From: Rubripirellula sp.
Lineage (GTDB): Bacteria > Planctomycetota > Planctomycetia > Pirellulales > Pirellulaceae
DNA length: 64,000 nucleotides
Direction of reading: 5' to 3'
NCBI GenBank assembly: GCA_965216875.1
Contig: OZ244207.1
Coordinates: forward strand, 1,728,001-1,792,000
Of this stretch, positions 1-10,028 are shown piece after piece (the first letter of the stretch is position 1; each line of letters begins with the position of its first letter). The notes below the pieces were generated by a model. The model ran no database searches, was not told the DNA's origin, and was given only the letters and a program-made list of their open reading frames with translations. The position numbers and the translations under genes were made by a program.

Positions 1-906
1 GTCGGGCTCAAGCCCTGCGCGTCCGAGCGCCATTTGCACGCACTCGGCTTGGCGGTCGGGGTTGGGCAAAACAAAATCGGTCGCGTCGGTGTTCATCGCG
101 TATCCGACAAGTTCGCCGTAGATCTCGGCACCACGAGCTTTCGCATCGCTCAAGCGTTCAAGCGTGTAAAGGCAACCGCCTTCAGCAACAACAATGCCGT
201 TGCGAGAAACGTCGAACGGGCGTGATGCTTGGGTTGGGTCATCGTGTGTCGCGAGCGCGTTTTGACTGTTGAAACTCGCGAAGATTCCAAAGGTGTGAAT
301 GCTTTCGCTTGTTCCACCTGCGATCGCCAAGTCACATTCGCCCAGTCGCAGCATCTGTGCACCCTGGATGATGCCGGCGTTTCCGGCGGCACAAGCAGCG
401 CCGATTGTGTAGTGCGGCCCAGTGATCCCAAGGTTGAGTGCAATTTCGCCCGCAGGGTTGTTGGCGACCGTTCTTGGATTGTGGTGATGCGACCAACAGC
501 TTGTGTCGTAGTCAAAGCCTTTGATCACATAGATCTCGTTTTCGGTTTCGACGTTGCCATGTTCGGTAACGCCGACATAGATACCCACGCGCGACTTGTC
601 GGTGTTCTCCAGGTCGATGCCGCTATGTTTGATCGCTTCGTTGGCGGTGTAGACGCCGACACTGCCTGCGCGAGTCCCTCGGCGGACCTCTTTCTTCTTC
701 TGGTATCGCGTGGTGTCGAAATCACAGACACCAGCGAGGGTTTTGCCGAAGTAGCGGATTTCGTAAGGCTGAACGCCACTCTTCTTTTCCAACAGCGCCG
801 TGCGGAATGAGTCCCAATCGTTTCCGTTGGGAGCGGTCAGGCCGATGCCGGTGATGACAATTCGCTGGTCATCGGGCAACGCAGAAGCACGGTTTGGGGC
901 AATCAC
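1..906 (-). CDS. Beta-ketoacyl-ACP synthase (FabF-like), 3' end outside window
   Basis: Not in ORF track; read manually from GTG at 906: ...QRIVITGIGLTAPNG...GPHYTIGAACAAGNAG (catalytic Cys)...SRPFDVSRNGIVVAEGG; frame open to position 1. Confidence 0.9.
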   Translation of the reverse strand, partial: MIAPNRASALPDDQRIVITGIGLTAPNGNDWDSFRTALLEKKSGVQPYEIRYFGKTLAGVCDFDTTRYQKKKEVRRGTRAGSVGVYTANEAIKHSGIDLENTDKSRVGIYVGVTEHGNVETENEIYVIKGFDYDTSCWSHHHNPRTVANNPAGEIALNLGITGPHYTIGAACAAGNAGIIQGAQMLRLGECDLAIAGGTSESIHTFGIFASFNSQNALATHDDPTQASRPFDVSRNGIVVAEGGCLYTLERLSDAKARGAEIYGELVGYAMNTDATDFVLPNPDRQAECVQMALGRAGLEPD

Positions 907-1071
907 GTCGGAGTTTCGGGCGTGAGAGTCACGAAAAAAACGGCTGAGTCACCCTCGCCGCACAAACGAAGTTTCGAGCCCGATCCCCGGGTCCGAAACA
1001 GCCCCAAAAGCTAACAATTCAGCTCGAAACTGACAACGCCCTAGCAGGGCAAGTTTTGACGGCAGCATCGC

Positions 1072-1197
1072 CACCCTCCCGCTTGTGGGAGGGGAGGCCT
1101 CGAATCTCCCAAAGAGGCTATGCAGAATTCGAGAAAACGCCCAGGTCTTGGTAAGCATGCCGGATCAGCGTTGCTGTCGCTCCTTGATCCGGCCTAC
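1072..1197. repeat. REP-like palindromes (CCCTCCCGCTTGTGGGAGGG; reverse copy of the GTAGGCCGGATCAAGGAGCGACAGC family)
   Basis: 1159-1197 is a near reverse complement of 4950-4988; the first palindrome recurs near 38384, 40827, 42010 and 55957. Confidence 0.7.
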
Positions 1198-1213
1198 GGC
1201 TCCCCGATCCGGC

Positions 1214-2224
1214 CTACGAGGCTCCTCGGTCCTGCCAGCTGCGACGGAGTGATTCGAGCCCCTCGTCCATCGAGATTCGAATCCGGTAACCCAGTCGAGA
1301 CTTGGCCGCGGAGATGTCGAAATAGTGATCGCGGGCCAGCTGAGCGGCGACGAATCGCGTCATTGGGGGCTCTATTTGCTGGCCTGTGATCCGATAGCCC
1401 CACTCGAGAATGGCACCGATTCGATAAGCCGCGTTGTAGCTGATCGACTTAGCTGGCGGCGTGACCGAGCCTATTTCGCAGACCTGGCGAATCCAATCCC
1501 AACAATTGACCGGCTCGTCTTGGGCGATGAAGTAGGCTCGCCCCCCAGCTTCCTGCGGTCGATCCAACAGGGCATCGAGGGCGTCCAAGTGGGCTCCCGC
1601 TGCATTGATGACATGCACGGTGTCCACTTTGTTGGATCCGTCACCAACAATCCGCAATCTCCCGGACCGAGCGCGATCGAGCAGACGAGGCAAGATGTGC
1701 GGGTCGTCATCGCCCCAAATCAGATGGGGCCGAAGGGCGAGCGTGTGCAACTTGCCGGGAACGTGATGCTTCAGGATGGCCTGTTCGGCGAGCGCCTTGG
1801 TGTGCGGGTAGTGGCACATCCACTGGTTCGGGTAGGGCTCGCTTTCGTCGACGCCGCTTTGATCGGCGCCGCTGAAGGTCACGCTCGGGCTGCTGGTGAA
1901 CACCAACGTTTGGATCCCGGCCGACTCAGTTCCCTCGATCACGTATTCGGTGGCAAGCGTGTTGGTCGCAAAAAAGTGTTCCCATTTTCCCCAGACGCCA
2001 GCAACCGCCGCGGTATGAATGACCGCATCGACGTTTGCCTTGGCAATCGCCGCGATGGTCGAGCCGCGATCGGTCAGATCGACCTGCTGGTGCTCCATCC
2101 CCAATTCCCGCAGCTTGGGGTACTGGCCGCGCGAGAGCCCGACGACCGAATCGCCGCGATCGATCAACTGGCGAACAATCTCGCTTCCTAGGAAACCGCC
2201 ACATCCAGTCACCAGCACACGCAT
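1214..2224 (-). CDS. NAD-dependent epimerase/dehydratase, 3-beta-HSD/OleD-like extended SDR
   Basis: MRVLVTGCGGFLG Rossmann motif, FTSSPSV, YPHTK (YxxxK), LRPHLIWG; start set to ATG 2224. Confidence 0.88.
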   Translation of the reverse strand: MRVLVTGCGGFLGSEIVRQLIDRGDSVVGLSRGQYPKLRELGMEHQQVDLTDRGSTIAAIAKANVDAVIHTAAVAGVWGKWEHFFATNTLATEYVIEGTESAGIQTLVFTSSPSVTFSGADQSGVDESEPYPNQWMCHYPHTKALAEQAILKHHVPGKLHTLALRPHLIWGDDDPHILPRLLDRARSGRLRIVGDGSNKVDTVHVINAAGAHLDALDALLDRPQEAGGRAYFIAQDEPVNCWDWIRQVCEIGSVTPPAKSISYNAAYRIGAILEWGYRITGQQIEPPMTRFVAAQLARDHYFDISAAKSRLGYRIRISMDEGLESLRRSWQDRGAS

Positions 2225-2339
2225 TGATTGAGACTTCTTTCGCCTTGGGGCACAGAAAACGAGTTGAGAATCACTGGGCGCGTGCGTTGTAAAATATTGG
2301 ACGCGTCTTCGGAATCCTACTCGATCTGGCTGCCTTGAG

Positions 2340-4244
2340 ATGACAAGCAATCCTCTGTGCCGAAGTTTCCCCCGACCGTTGGTCCACGGGCTGGCCAAAC
2401 CGATGGTCCACGCGATGGCCAGCTTGTTGATCCTCTTGGCATCAGCTGGGACGACTTTGGGACAGGGCGATTCGCCGGCTAAACCATTGAAGGCCAAGGA
2501 GTCAAAGGCGCAAACATGGACGGTCGATCGCCTGCGAACGGAGGTCGAGGCATCGATCAAGCGGTTCGAGACCGTGTCGCTCGAAGCAACCTACACCCAT
2601 GTGCGGAATGTCAATCGCTTCAGCGGGAAAGAGCCCTTGCTCATGAATGCTGCTGGTTCCGTTGTCTATCGCGGAGATGGCGAACGATGGTACATGCGCG
2701 ACGATGGATACAGCTTCCGCGCTGGCATCGCGAAACCGACGCCTTCGGTTTCCATCACGGGCAATACGGGCAAGCTTCATTACACGGGCAACCAACGCAA
2801 ACTCACTCTGGCCGAGAAGGGGTCGCGTCGACGAGGCCGGCCCCGCAGCATTTTCTGGGAACCGATTCTGACCTACACCTATCTCGAGACGGCGTTGTCG
2901 CAAGACGATGCTGAGATCACTTTTGTTGGCCAGGACGATGGTGTCTCGGTGGTGGAACTGACTTCGGCATGGGGCAGTGATGACAACCGTTGGAGTTTGG
3001 TCGTTCGTTTTGACATCGAACGCTCGCTCATGCCGCTCACACAAAAGCTCGACTACAACGGCAAACTCTATGCCGACAGCAAGGCGTCGCAGTTTGCCCG
3101 CGACGCACTTACGGGACTCGCGTACCCGTCAATCGTCGAAACCAAGTATCACCAAGAGGCACTTGGGATCGTTGAGCAGACATTTGCGATCGCGAAACTC
3201 GAGTTACCCGAAAGCCATAAAGCCGAAGCCTTTGACTACCAAGCGCGTCTTGGTGCAGACATTGTCGACCGGCGCAGCAACCTTGCCTGGCATGAAGATC
3301 CGTGGTGGGAAACGATGATGCCTTGGCTCATCAAAGAACTCGGGTTTCCGCGATACAGCTACCAGTACCTAAAAGGTTTTAGCAGCACGGGCGATGTCTC
3401 CATCGACGGCCAGGATGCTCCGCCCATCGAAGCGAGTGGTTGGCTTGGCCAGCCGCGGGAAGGTTGGGATCGTCCGGGGCGGAGGTTTAGCGTGTTGTTC
3501 TTTTGGGGCGACGCCAGTTACATCGGCACTCCGGGCAACTATTGGATCACCGAACTGGGGCAACTCCATTCGTTGATCGAGCCGTTCGGGGGCGAAGTGA
3601 TTGGGATCGCCAGCCACCGAACCAGCGCGGATGCACTTCGAAAAACCGCCGACGAATTGATGATTCAGATTCCGTTTGCGATCGACGTCAAGGACGACGA
3701 CTACGGTATGACGCATTCAGCGTACAAACTCAACCACTACTACAGCGTGCTTGTGGTCGACGATGCGGGCAAAGTGTTGGTGCTAGACAAGAACGACCAG
3801 CAACCGCTTCTGTCAGCGATCGGCAAAGTGCTTCCAAAGGACGAAATGGAAGCACTTTTGAGTGTGATCCACACCGACCCAGCGATGACGCGCGCCGAAC
3901 ATGATGCGATTCAATCGCACTGGATCAAGAAACGCAAGGCAACCCAAGGCGCCTCGCGTATCGAAGGAAATGTTGGCAAGCCGGGCGCAACACTGACCCT
4001 GCGCCCGCAAATGAAAATGCTGATCGCGACCACACCAGGTGCCTATATGCTGTTCTATGATCGGCAAGGCGTCATTCGCTTGCAGGCGGATGAAGTCACG
4101 GGCGATTATTCGTTTGATGACCTACCACGCGGTTTGTACGAGTTGAGTGTTCGTGTCCCAACTGGCGAGAAAGACCAGACGTCGATCACGATTCCGGATG
4201 ACGAAACGGTTCATGTCCATTCCTTTTGGCCAGCGAAAGATTGA
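2340..4244 (+). CDS. Secreted multidomain hypothetical protein with a redoxin-like domain and a C-terminal carboxypeptidase-regulatory-like domain
   Basis: Signal-like N-terminus; GQDAPPIEASGW...VLFFWG (no CxxC); GDYSFDDLPRGLYELSV. Confidence 0.65.
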   Translation: MTSNPLCRSFPRPLVHGLAKPMVHAMASLLILLASAGTTLGQGDSPAKPLKAKESKAQTWTVDRLRTEVEASIKRFETVSLEATYTHVRNVNRFSGKEPLLMNAAGSVVYRGDGERWYMRDDGYSFRAGIAKPTPSVSITGNTGKLHYTGNQRKLTLAEKGSRRRGRPRSIFWEPILTYTYLETALSQDDAEITFVGQDDGVSVVELTSAWGSDDNRWSLVVRFDIERSLMPLTQKLDYNGKLYADSKASQFARDALTGLAYPSIVETKYHQEALGIVEQTFAIAKLELPESHKAEAFDYQARLGADIVDRRSNLAWHEDPWWETMMPWLIKELGFPRYSYQYLKGFSSTGDVSIDGQDAPPIEASGWLGQPREGWDRPGRRFSVLFFWGDASYIGTPGNYWITELGQLHSLIEPFGGEVIGIASHRTSADALRKTADELMIQIPFAIDVKDDDYGMTHSAYKLNHYYSVLVVDDAGKVLVLDKNDQQPLLSAIGKVLPKDEMEALLSVIHTDPAMTRAEHDAIQSHWIKKRKATQGASRIEGNVGKPGATLTLRPQMKMLIATTPGAYMLFYDRQGVIRLQADEVTGDYSFDDLPRGLYELSVRVPTGEKDQTSITIPDDETVHVHSFWPAKD

Positions 4245-4395
4245 TCGAGAATCAATTCGATTTTCGTTTGCCCAGCGCGTTGACACTTAGTCGTGTCCTC
4301 AAAACTTGTCGGGTTTCTCTTGACCTATCTTCGATAAACAACTAGTTGTGGAATTCAGGCACTCACAAACCTTCCTATAGACTCGAGAGAAGGAT

Positions 4396-4935
4396 ATGGA
4401 GCCTGAAGAGCAAGAACAGGACACCGCCAAGACCTCCGCCTTGGGACGCTTTCTGAGTGGAATCAGCGAGTGTGTCTTCCATTCCAAACTTGGCGTGGCG
4501 GACGTGCAGATGGTCGACTACCTCAGCGACATGCTGGTTCGCTTTACGCGCGTTGAATCTCTGCACCGTGTCCGCAAATCCAATGGGCGACCTGTGACCG
4601 AGGTTTTCCAAATGCTCTCGGAAGCTGAGCAGCGGATTGGTTTGGCTCGGCGCGAAGTTCATCGTCACATCGGCGACTTCACTCTCTTTTGGTCGGGCAT
4701 GTATCCCGAAAGTTTGCGGCGAGCACGGTCGTTGGCCCCGTTCGAAACGTATTGTCAGCAGGGCAAGCGAGCCTATGCGATTGCGGCCGAGATCGAAGGA
4801 GGAGCGGATCGTCCGCCTTGCGAGCTTCTGCAGCGGTTGAGCGCCGAGTTTGAAATGTGCGCCTACGGCCTTCGAGAAGTCCGCCGAGAATGGGAAGAGA
4901 ACGAAGGCGACAATCAGGGATTGTTGCTGTCGTGA
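4396..4935 (+). CDS. Conserved hypothetical protein
   Basis: 179-aa ORF with AAGGA RBS; HRHIGDFTLFWSGMYPE motif looks like a real conserved segment. Confidence 0.75.
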   Translation: MEPEEQEQDTAKTSALGRFLSGISECVFHSKLGVADVQMVDYLSDMLVRFTRVESLHRVRKSNGRPVTEVFQMLSEAEQRIGLARREVHRHIGDFTLFWSGMYPESLRRARSLAPFETYCQQGKRAYAIAAEIEGGADRPPCELLQRLSAEFEMCAYGLREVRREWEENEGDNQGLLLS

Positions 4936-4949
4936 ACTAGGTACCGCCC

Positions 4950-4988
4950 GTAGGCCGGATCAAGGAGCGACAGCGACGCAGATCCGGC
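4950..4988 (+). repeat. GTAG-type REP-like hairpin between convergent genes
   Basis: GTAG GCCGGATC...GATCCGGC inverted repeat. Confidence 0.7.
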
Positions 4989-5041
4989 GCTGGCATCTTA
5001 TGGGCACTAATCCTCTGCCCGGCCGCTTACGCAATCACGGC

Positions 5042-6352
5042 TCACTTGAAGAGCTGGAATCGAACTGCAGAGGCTTGGCCTTGCGGCGTGACGTTTGCCG
5101 AAATGAAGCTGTCGCCTGCTGCGACGCCACTCTCGAGAACTGCGTTGATCGGGCACTGCGGGTCGAGAGAATCGCAGTTGCGAATGGCAAATAGGTCTCC
5201 GCCAAGCGCCTTCAAACTCGCAACCGCTTCGACCATGCCGCTGCCGGCACTGAGGTTGCCGAAGTGCCCCTTTGCGGTGGTGACTGGGGGTTGGTCGGCG
5301 GGAGCGCCGAAGACATCGGCAATCGCTTGGGCTTCGTATTTGTCGCAGTCTTGCGTCGCCAAGCCATGAGCGTGAATGTGCCCGATCGACTTTGGATCGG
5401 CGTCGCCCAGCGCCTTTCGCAGGACGTTTGCAAAGGCCGTCTTCAGGAAGTCTTCGCCAGCCAGTGGGCCGACAGCGCTGGTTCCGGATCCGACAAGTTC
5501 GGCGAGGATCGTTGCGCCGCGCGCCTCGGCGTGCTCAAGCGTTTCGCAAACCAACGCTGCAGCGCCTTCGGAAACGGTGCTGCCGTCCCGATCGCTGTTG
5601 AACGGGCGGCTCATCGTTGTTGGGTCATCACGATCGGCAGCCAGGTCTTCCTGCATCACCGTGTGCGTGGTGCGAAGCGTGTGAATCCGCGAACCGGTTG
5701 ATCCAACCACCAGGGCGTCGGCGTGACCGCGACTGATCGTCGAATAGGCTTCGGCAAGCGCTGCGCCAGCCGAGGCTTCACGAACGGTGATCGAATTGTT
5801 CGGGCCACGCAGGTCGTTGTAGATTGCGATGTGACTTGCCGGCATGTTGGGCAAGTATTTCAGCAGCCAAAGCGGGTTGACTTCCGGACGCCCGGTCCCG
5901 CCCCATTTTTCGAAAACGAAGTCGCCGTTTTCGTCGAGGCATTTGCCGATTCCGGCCGCGAACTCTTCCGGCAGCGACATGATGTAGTCACAGCCATAGA
6001 CGACACCCGTGCGATCTCGATTGCGGGCTTCTTCGGTCAGACCAGCGTCGTTCATTGCCAGTTGCGCGACGGCGACACCCATTTCAATTTCGCGGCACAT
6101 CACCTTGCTTCCCTTGCGAATCGTGCGTTGCAAGGGTTTTTCAAGGGGACCGTAATCGGAAATGTGGCCAGTGAAATCGACCGCTTCACCGCCAGCTTTG
6201 ATGGGCAGGGTTTCGCTGTTGACTCGCGTCAGTGGCCGAATGCCACTTTCGCCGGCTCGCAGTTTCTCGAGCATGCTGTCTGGGTCGTTCCCTAAAGGGC
6301 TAACGACGCCCACTCCGGTAACGACAACACGACGCGACGAAGAATTATCCAT
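5042..6352 (-). CDS. Beta-ketoacyl synthase family protein lacking the catalytic Cys
   Basis: RRVVVTGVGVVSPLG, SRPFNSDRDG, HAHG; ITVREASAG at the Cys site; KGHFGN at the second His site. Confidence 0.88.
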   Translation of the reverse strand: MDNSSSRRVVVTGVGVVSPLGNDPDSMLEKLRAGESGIRPLTRVNSETLPIKAGGEAVDFTGHISDYGPLEKPLQRTIRKGSKVMCREIEMGVAVAQLAMNDAGLTEEARNRDRTGVVYGCDYIMSLPEEFAAGIGKCLDENGDFVFEKWGGTGRPEVNPLWLLKYLPNMPASHIAIYNDLRGPNNSITVREASAGAALAEAYSTISRGHADALVVGSTGSRIHTLRTTHTVMQEDLAADRDDPTTMSRPFNSDRDGSTVSEGAAALVCETLEHAEARGATILAELVGSGTSAVGPLAGEDFLKTAFANVLRKALGDADPKSIGHIHAHGLATQDCDKYEAQAIADVFGAPADQPPVTTAKGHFGNLSAGSGMVEAVASLKALGGDLFAIRNCDSLDPQCPINAVLESGVAAGDSFISANVTPQGQASAVRFQLFK

Positions 6353-6697
6353 GAACTGTTGGGCCAGGAATGATGCGAATCAGGAAATCAGCGAGCCAAA
6401 AGGGAGGGCGTGGCTCGACGGCTGGCCAGAAATCTCAACCTAAACCGGCCGGTTTGCCAAGGTGACCTCGGCAATTGAATCGGCATTCTATCGGGGGCTC
6501 GCCCTGTTTTTCAGGGGGGATGTGGGAATCTGAAGTTCGGCACGGGGAGCGATGGTCCGCTTTTGACACCCAGATGCCGTCATGCCATCGCACGAGGGGG
6601 AAAGCAACCACTACCGAGCGAAATTCAGTTTCAGTAGCGGCCGCGACTCAGGGCTGATGGCACCACGGTTCCGCGTTAGGATTCCCCGCGGCACACA

Positions 6698-7927
6698 TTA
6701 GTAGCGCCCGCGACTAGGAGCGCTGCTGGTTCCAGCTGCGACCTGCGGCGGTACTGAACGGGTGGCAAGGTTCTGCGAGGCACGGCCGCGGTATTCGATG
6801 AACATCAGCGCGTCGGCTCGACCCGCTGTCGTCCCGGTCAACATGCTCATGTTCAAAAGTGGCACGGCTTCTTGTGGACGCTCGGGGCTTGCAACAACGC
6901 CGCACGACAAGACAAGCACCATGTCGGACGGCCATCGAAAGCGTTCGTGTAGACGCCAGCTGACCACCTGGGGCACATCGATTTGAGTGCGATGGATCTG
7001 TTGATTGGGCAGAGGCAATTCGAGCGTCACGTGGTTCAGTTTGTCGACTTGATCGATTTCGGCTTTGATCACGCAATCGATCGCCGAGCGATCAACGCTA
7101 AGCAGCGGGCTGATCGACAATTTGTAGCCTTCGTGGATCTCGCCCGTTTCAGGTTCGTACGGTGGCCATCCAGTTGGTGCCGGTCGGACGTTGCGAACGT
7201 AGTTGCGTCCGCGCGTGCTAGCCAGTTGTTCGGTTTGTCCGTTGTGAAGAACCAAGTTGACATCTTGGATTTGTCGAGCATCGGTGCGTTGACGCAGCAT
7301 GTTCAACACGATCGCTGCGTTCTCTTTGCTGAGCAGCCATGCTTGCACGCCGGGCGAATCGACCGGTACGTGTTGCATCAACATATGGGCGCGACTGCGC
7401 CAGTTTGGGCTGCCAACCGTCATCACGCGCAAGTTCATCACTTGCGGGTCTTTTTCGCCAGCAACGAATCGGTCAACCACGCCAGCGACCAGTTCATGCA
7501 TCTCACGAGTGTGGTAGACCGACAGTGAAGAACCATTGGCGTTCATGAACCCGAAGGGCTCGCCAAACCAAACGTCACTACCTGTTTCGCGAAGAATCCA
7601 ATCGATGATCGCCTGTTCTGGATGATCGTGCTTGGTCAGGTACCCGGTGTAGGGTGTCAGGTCGTAAACCCGATGCTCTTGACCGGCGGTTCGTGGGAGT
7701 TTGCCGCCACCGGTGACTTGGCCGGAGTTGACCGGCGGTGTCGATGGATTACTGCGCAGACTTGGAGGCACCGGTGCGGCCGGGGCACCACCAATGTTGG
7801 TGACGGCGGTATTGGCCTGACTCGGCAATCCGCCCGACGGTAACGCCATGCCCTGAGCCAGCAGCGACTGGCTGACACAGGTTGAAAGCAAAAGGGTTGT
7901 GGCAACGACGAACAAACGACAAGGCAT
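6698..7927 (-). CDS. Secreted hypothetical protein, weak secretin C-terminal-like features
   Basis: Signal peptide, Pro-rich linker; VLHNGQT and GYKLSISP segments reminiscent of secretin strands. Confidence 0.6.
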   Translation of the reverse strand: MPCRLFVVATTLLLSTCVSQSLLAQGMALPSGGLPSQANTAVTNIGGAPAAPVPPSLRSNPSTPPVNSGQVTGGGKLPRTAGQEHRVYDLTPYTGYLTKHDHPEQAIIDWILRETGSDVWFGEPFGFMNANGSSLSVYHTREMHELVAGVVDRFVAGEKDPQVMNLRVMTVGSPNWRSRAHMLMQHVPVDSPGVQAWLLSKENAAIVLNMLRQRTDARQIQDVNLVLHNGQTEQLASTRGRNYVRNVRPAPTGWPPYEPETGEIHEGYKLSISPLLSVDRSAIDCVIKAEIDQVDKLNHVTLELPLPNQQIHRTQIDVPQVVSWRLHERFRWPSDMVLVLSCGVVASPERPQEAVPLLNMSMLTGTTAGRADALMFIEYRGRASQNLATRSVPPQVAAGTSSAPSRGRY

Positions 7928-8019
7928 CGCAAGGCTTCCTGGCGAAGAGTGTGAAAGATCTAAATGGGGCTATACCGGCTTTTTCACTCATCAAGCAAGG
8001 GGAATCTGCCGAGCCCGCC

Positions 8020-8352
8020 AGGGGACAGGCACCTGTGGGGAGACGGGGAACAGGCACGCAAACGTCGTCTTGGACGAGGCCACGAGTCCTGCATACGTCG
8101 TAGTGGACGAGGCCACGAGTCCCTGAATCACGGATTCTCTCCAGGCTCCGCAGGGGACAGGCACCTGTTTCTGAGGGGCCAGGGCATGGCGTACAGATTG
8201 GCGGGGTGCCGAGAGGGACTCGTAGCCTCGTCCACTACGTGGAAATACGGGGGAGGAAATACAGGGGACAGGCACCTGGGCGTTCAGATTCGAAGTGTGC
8301 GGAGGGGGACTCGTAGCCTCGTCCACTACGGGAGGCGGACGGGGACTCGTGG
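8020..8352. repeat. Mosaic of GTAGTGGACGAGGC(C/T)ACGAGTCC inverted copies and GGGGACAGGCACCTG direct copies
   Basis: Forward copies near 8071 (partial) and 8100; reverse copies near 8215 and 8306; GGGGACAGGCACCTG near 8021, 8153 and 8264. Confidence 0.85.
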
Positions 8353-8435
8353 TGCGGTTCGCTAGCGGATACGATGAATCTTCACATTGCTTTCAAACCA
8401 GATTGGGGCAGAACGATTAGGATCTGGTGCAGCAC

Positions 8436-9965
8436 ATGAGTTCTACAAATCAACCTGACGATGCTCTGGGGTCGGCTTCCGCTGACGACCAGAGACGACG
8501 CCTCGAGCTCGAGCTGATCAAAGTTCGTAGCGAAGCGCAGGCGGCGCGACTCGAAGCAAAAGCAGCCGAGATTGAGCTGATCCTTCGTGAGTGCGGTGAG
8601 CGTACGTCCGTGGCGGAAACCGCCGCGCAAATCGTTCGCGTCGATTCTGCTGCAACCAAAATTTCGAAGTCCGGTTTCAATGACTGGGCTGCAGTCCGCG
8701 CTGTGATGCCAGCGGTCGCCGAGATTCATGATCGCAACGGCGCCGAAACGGCTTCTTCTGGTGGCGATGATGTTTCTGACGCCCAACCGCTTTCGGCGCC
8801 AACATCGCTCGATGACGATTCAGCGTCGGACAGCGAAACGGACGCGACGAATCGCGCAACCCCCGCGGTAGCACGCATCGACGGCGGTCATTCGCGTTTG
8901 CGCCGACCCCACTTCGATAACGACGATTCCGATTCGGCCTCGGCTGAAGGGGAGCCCGATCGGCCAGTTGATGTGGGGATCAAGACAGATGACGGCTCGG
9001 CCCCGAAAGTCCGCTTGGCAGCTGGGGAACTCGATTCCTTTTCAACGGACGAAGAGGAGCTCGAAACACGTCGGCGGCCCGCGGCGTTTGTGGTGAGTGT
9101 TGCGGTCCACGTTGCGATTCTGCTGCTGCTCGCCTTTGTCACGTTGCAAACGCACCGTCCCAAGGACCAGGTCGCGTTATCCGCTTCGGCGCCCGAGGCG
9201 AGCGAGGTTGCGATGGAGACCTTTGAAATCGAATCGAGCGAACCTGAGTCGGAGCCAACCGAGGTGACGCCGGCTGAGACCGAATATGAAATCAGTGATG
9301 TCGGCACGTTCACGACTTCCGACATCAAGCCCGATAAGCCTCCAACGGAAGTCGCTGCACCGACGGAGTCGTTCTCAACCGATTCAGCCGCCAGTGCGAT
9401 GTCGCTCAGCTCGGACTCGGACGCCAAGATTCAGTTTTGCGGCGTCGAAGGAGGCGGGAACCATTTTGTGTACCTCGTCGATAGCTCCAAGAGCATGGAC
9501 GAAGGTTTTCAATCGGCCCGCGATGAACTGCTGCATTCAATCGATTTCCTCAAGCCGGATCAGCGTTTTTATGTCGTGTTCTTTGACGCGGACTCGTCCT
9601 ACATGCGATTGACCAACGCGAATCAGGATGAGCCACGCAGCATGTACGCGACGCCTCAGAACAAAGCAGCACTGAAGCGCTGGGCAATGCGAATCGCAAT
9701 GGACCGCGGCAAGGCTCCCTACGACGCGCTGCGGTTCGCGTTAAAGCTTCGTCCCGACGCGATTTTCCTGCTCTCTGACGGTCAATTCCCACAGGGGATC
9801 GAGGACCTGCTCAAGGAAGAGAACAAGGTTGAGAATCTGTTTGGTGATAGCGGGCCGATCAGTATCGTGCACACGATCAGCTACCACAGCAAGGAAGGCG
9901 AGAGCCGAATGCGGCGCATCGCCGAACAGAACAAAGGCAAATATCGCCACGTCGCGAAGCAGTGA
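8436..9965 (+). CDS. Membrane-anchored vWA-domain protein
   Basis: TM segment VSVAVHVAILLLL, acidic linker, MIDAS YLVDSSKSM, IFLLSDGQF. Confidence 0.85.
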   Translation: MSSTNQPDDALGSASADDQRRRLELELIKVRSEAQAARLEAKAAEIELILRECGERTSVAETAAQIVRVDSAATKISKSGFNDWAAVRAVMPAVAEIHDRNGAETASSGGDDVSDAQPLSAPTSLDDDSASDSETDATNRATPAVARIDGGHSRLRRPHFDNDDSDSASAEGEPDRPVDVGIKTDDGSAPKVRLAAGELDSFSTDEEELETRRRPAAFVVSVAVHVAILLLLAFVTLQTHRPKDQVALSASAPEASEVAMETFEIESSEPESEPTEVTPAETEYEISDVGTFTTSDIKPDKPPTEVAAPTESFSTDSAASAMSLSSDSDAKIQFCGVEGGGNHFVYLVDSSKSMDEGFQSARDELLHSIDFLKPDQRFYVVFFDADSSYMRLTNANQDEPRSMYATPQNKAALKRWAMRIAMDRGKAPYDALRFALKLRPDAIFLLSDGQFPQGIEDLLKEENKVENLFGDSGPISIVHTISYHSKEGESRMRRIAEQNKGKYRHVAKQ

Positions 9966-10028
9966 GTCTTTCGCGTTCAGGCCTGGCGGCGTCCGCGTTG
10001 GATTGTGCGGGCGTCGAAGCGTACGGCT

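Noticed and set aside
229..810. Plus-strand 193-aa ORF and many similar antisense ORFs (e.g. 1325-2191, 28936-29814, 33244-34056)
   Set aside because: Shadow frames opposite well-supported genes, expected in GC-rich DNA.
8020..8352. Possible CRISPR array
   Set aside because: Repeats occur in both orientations with irregular spacing and no cas genes are nearby; REP-like instead.
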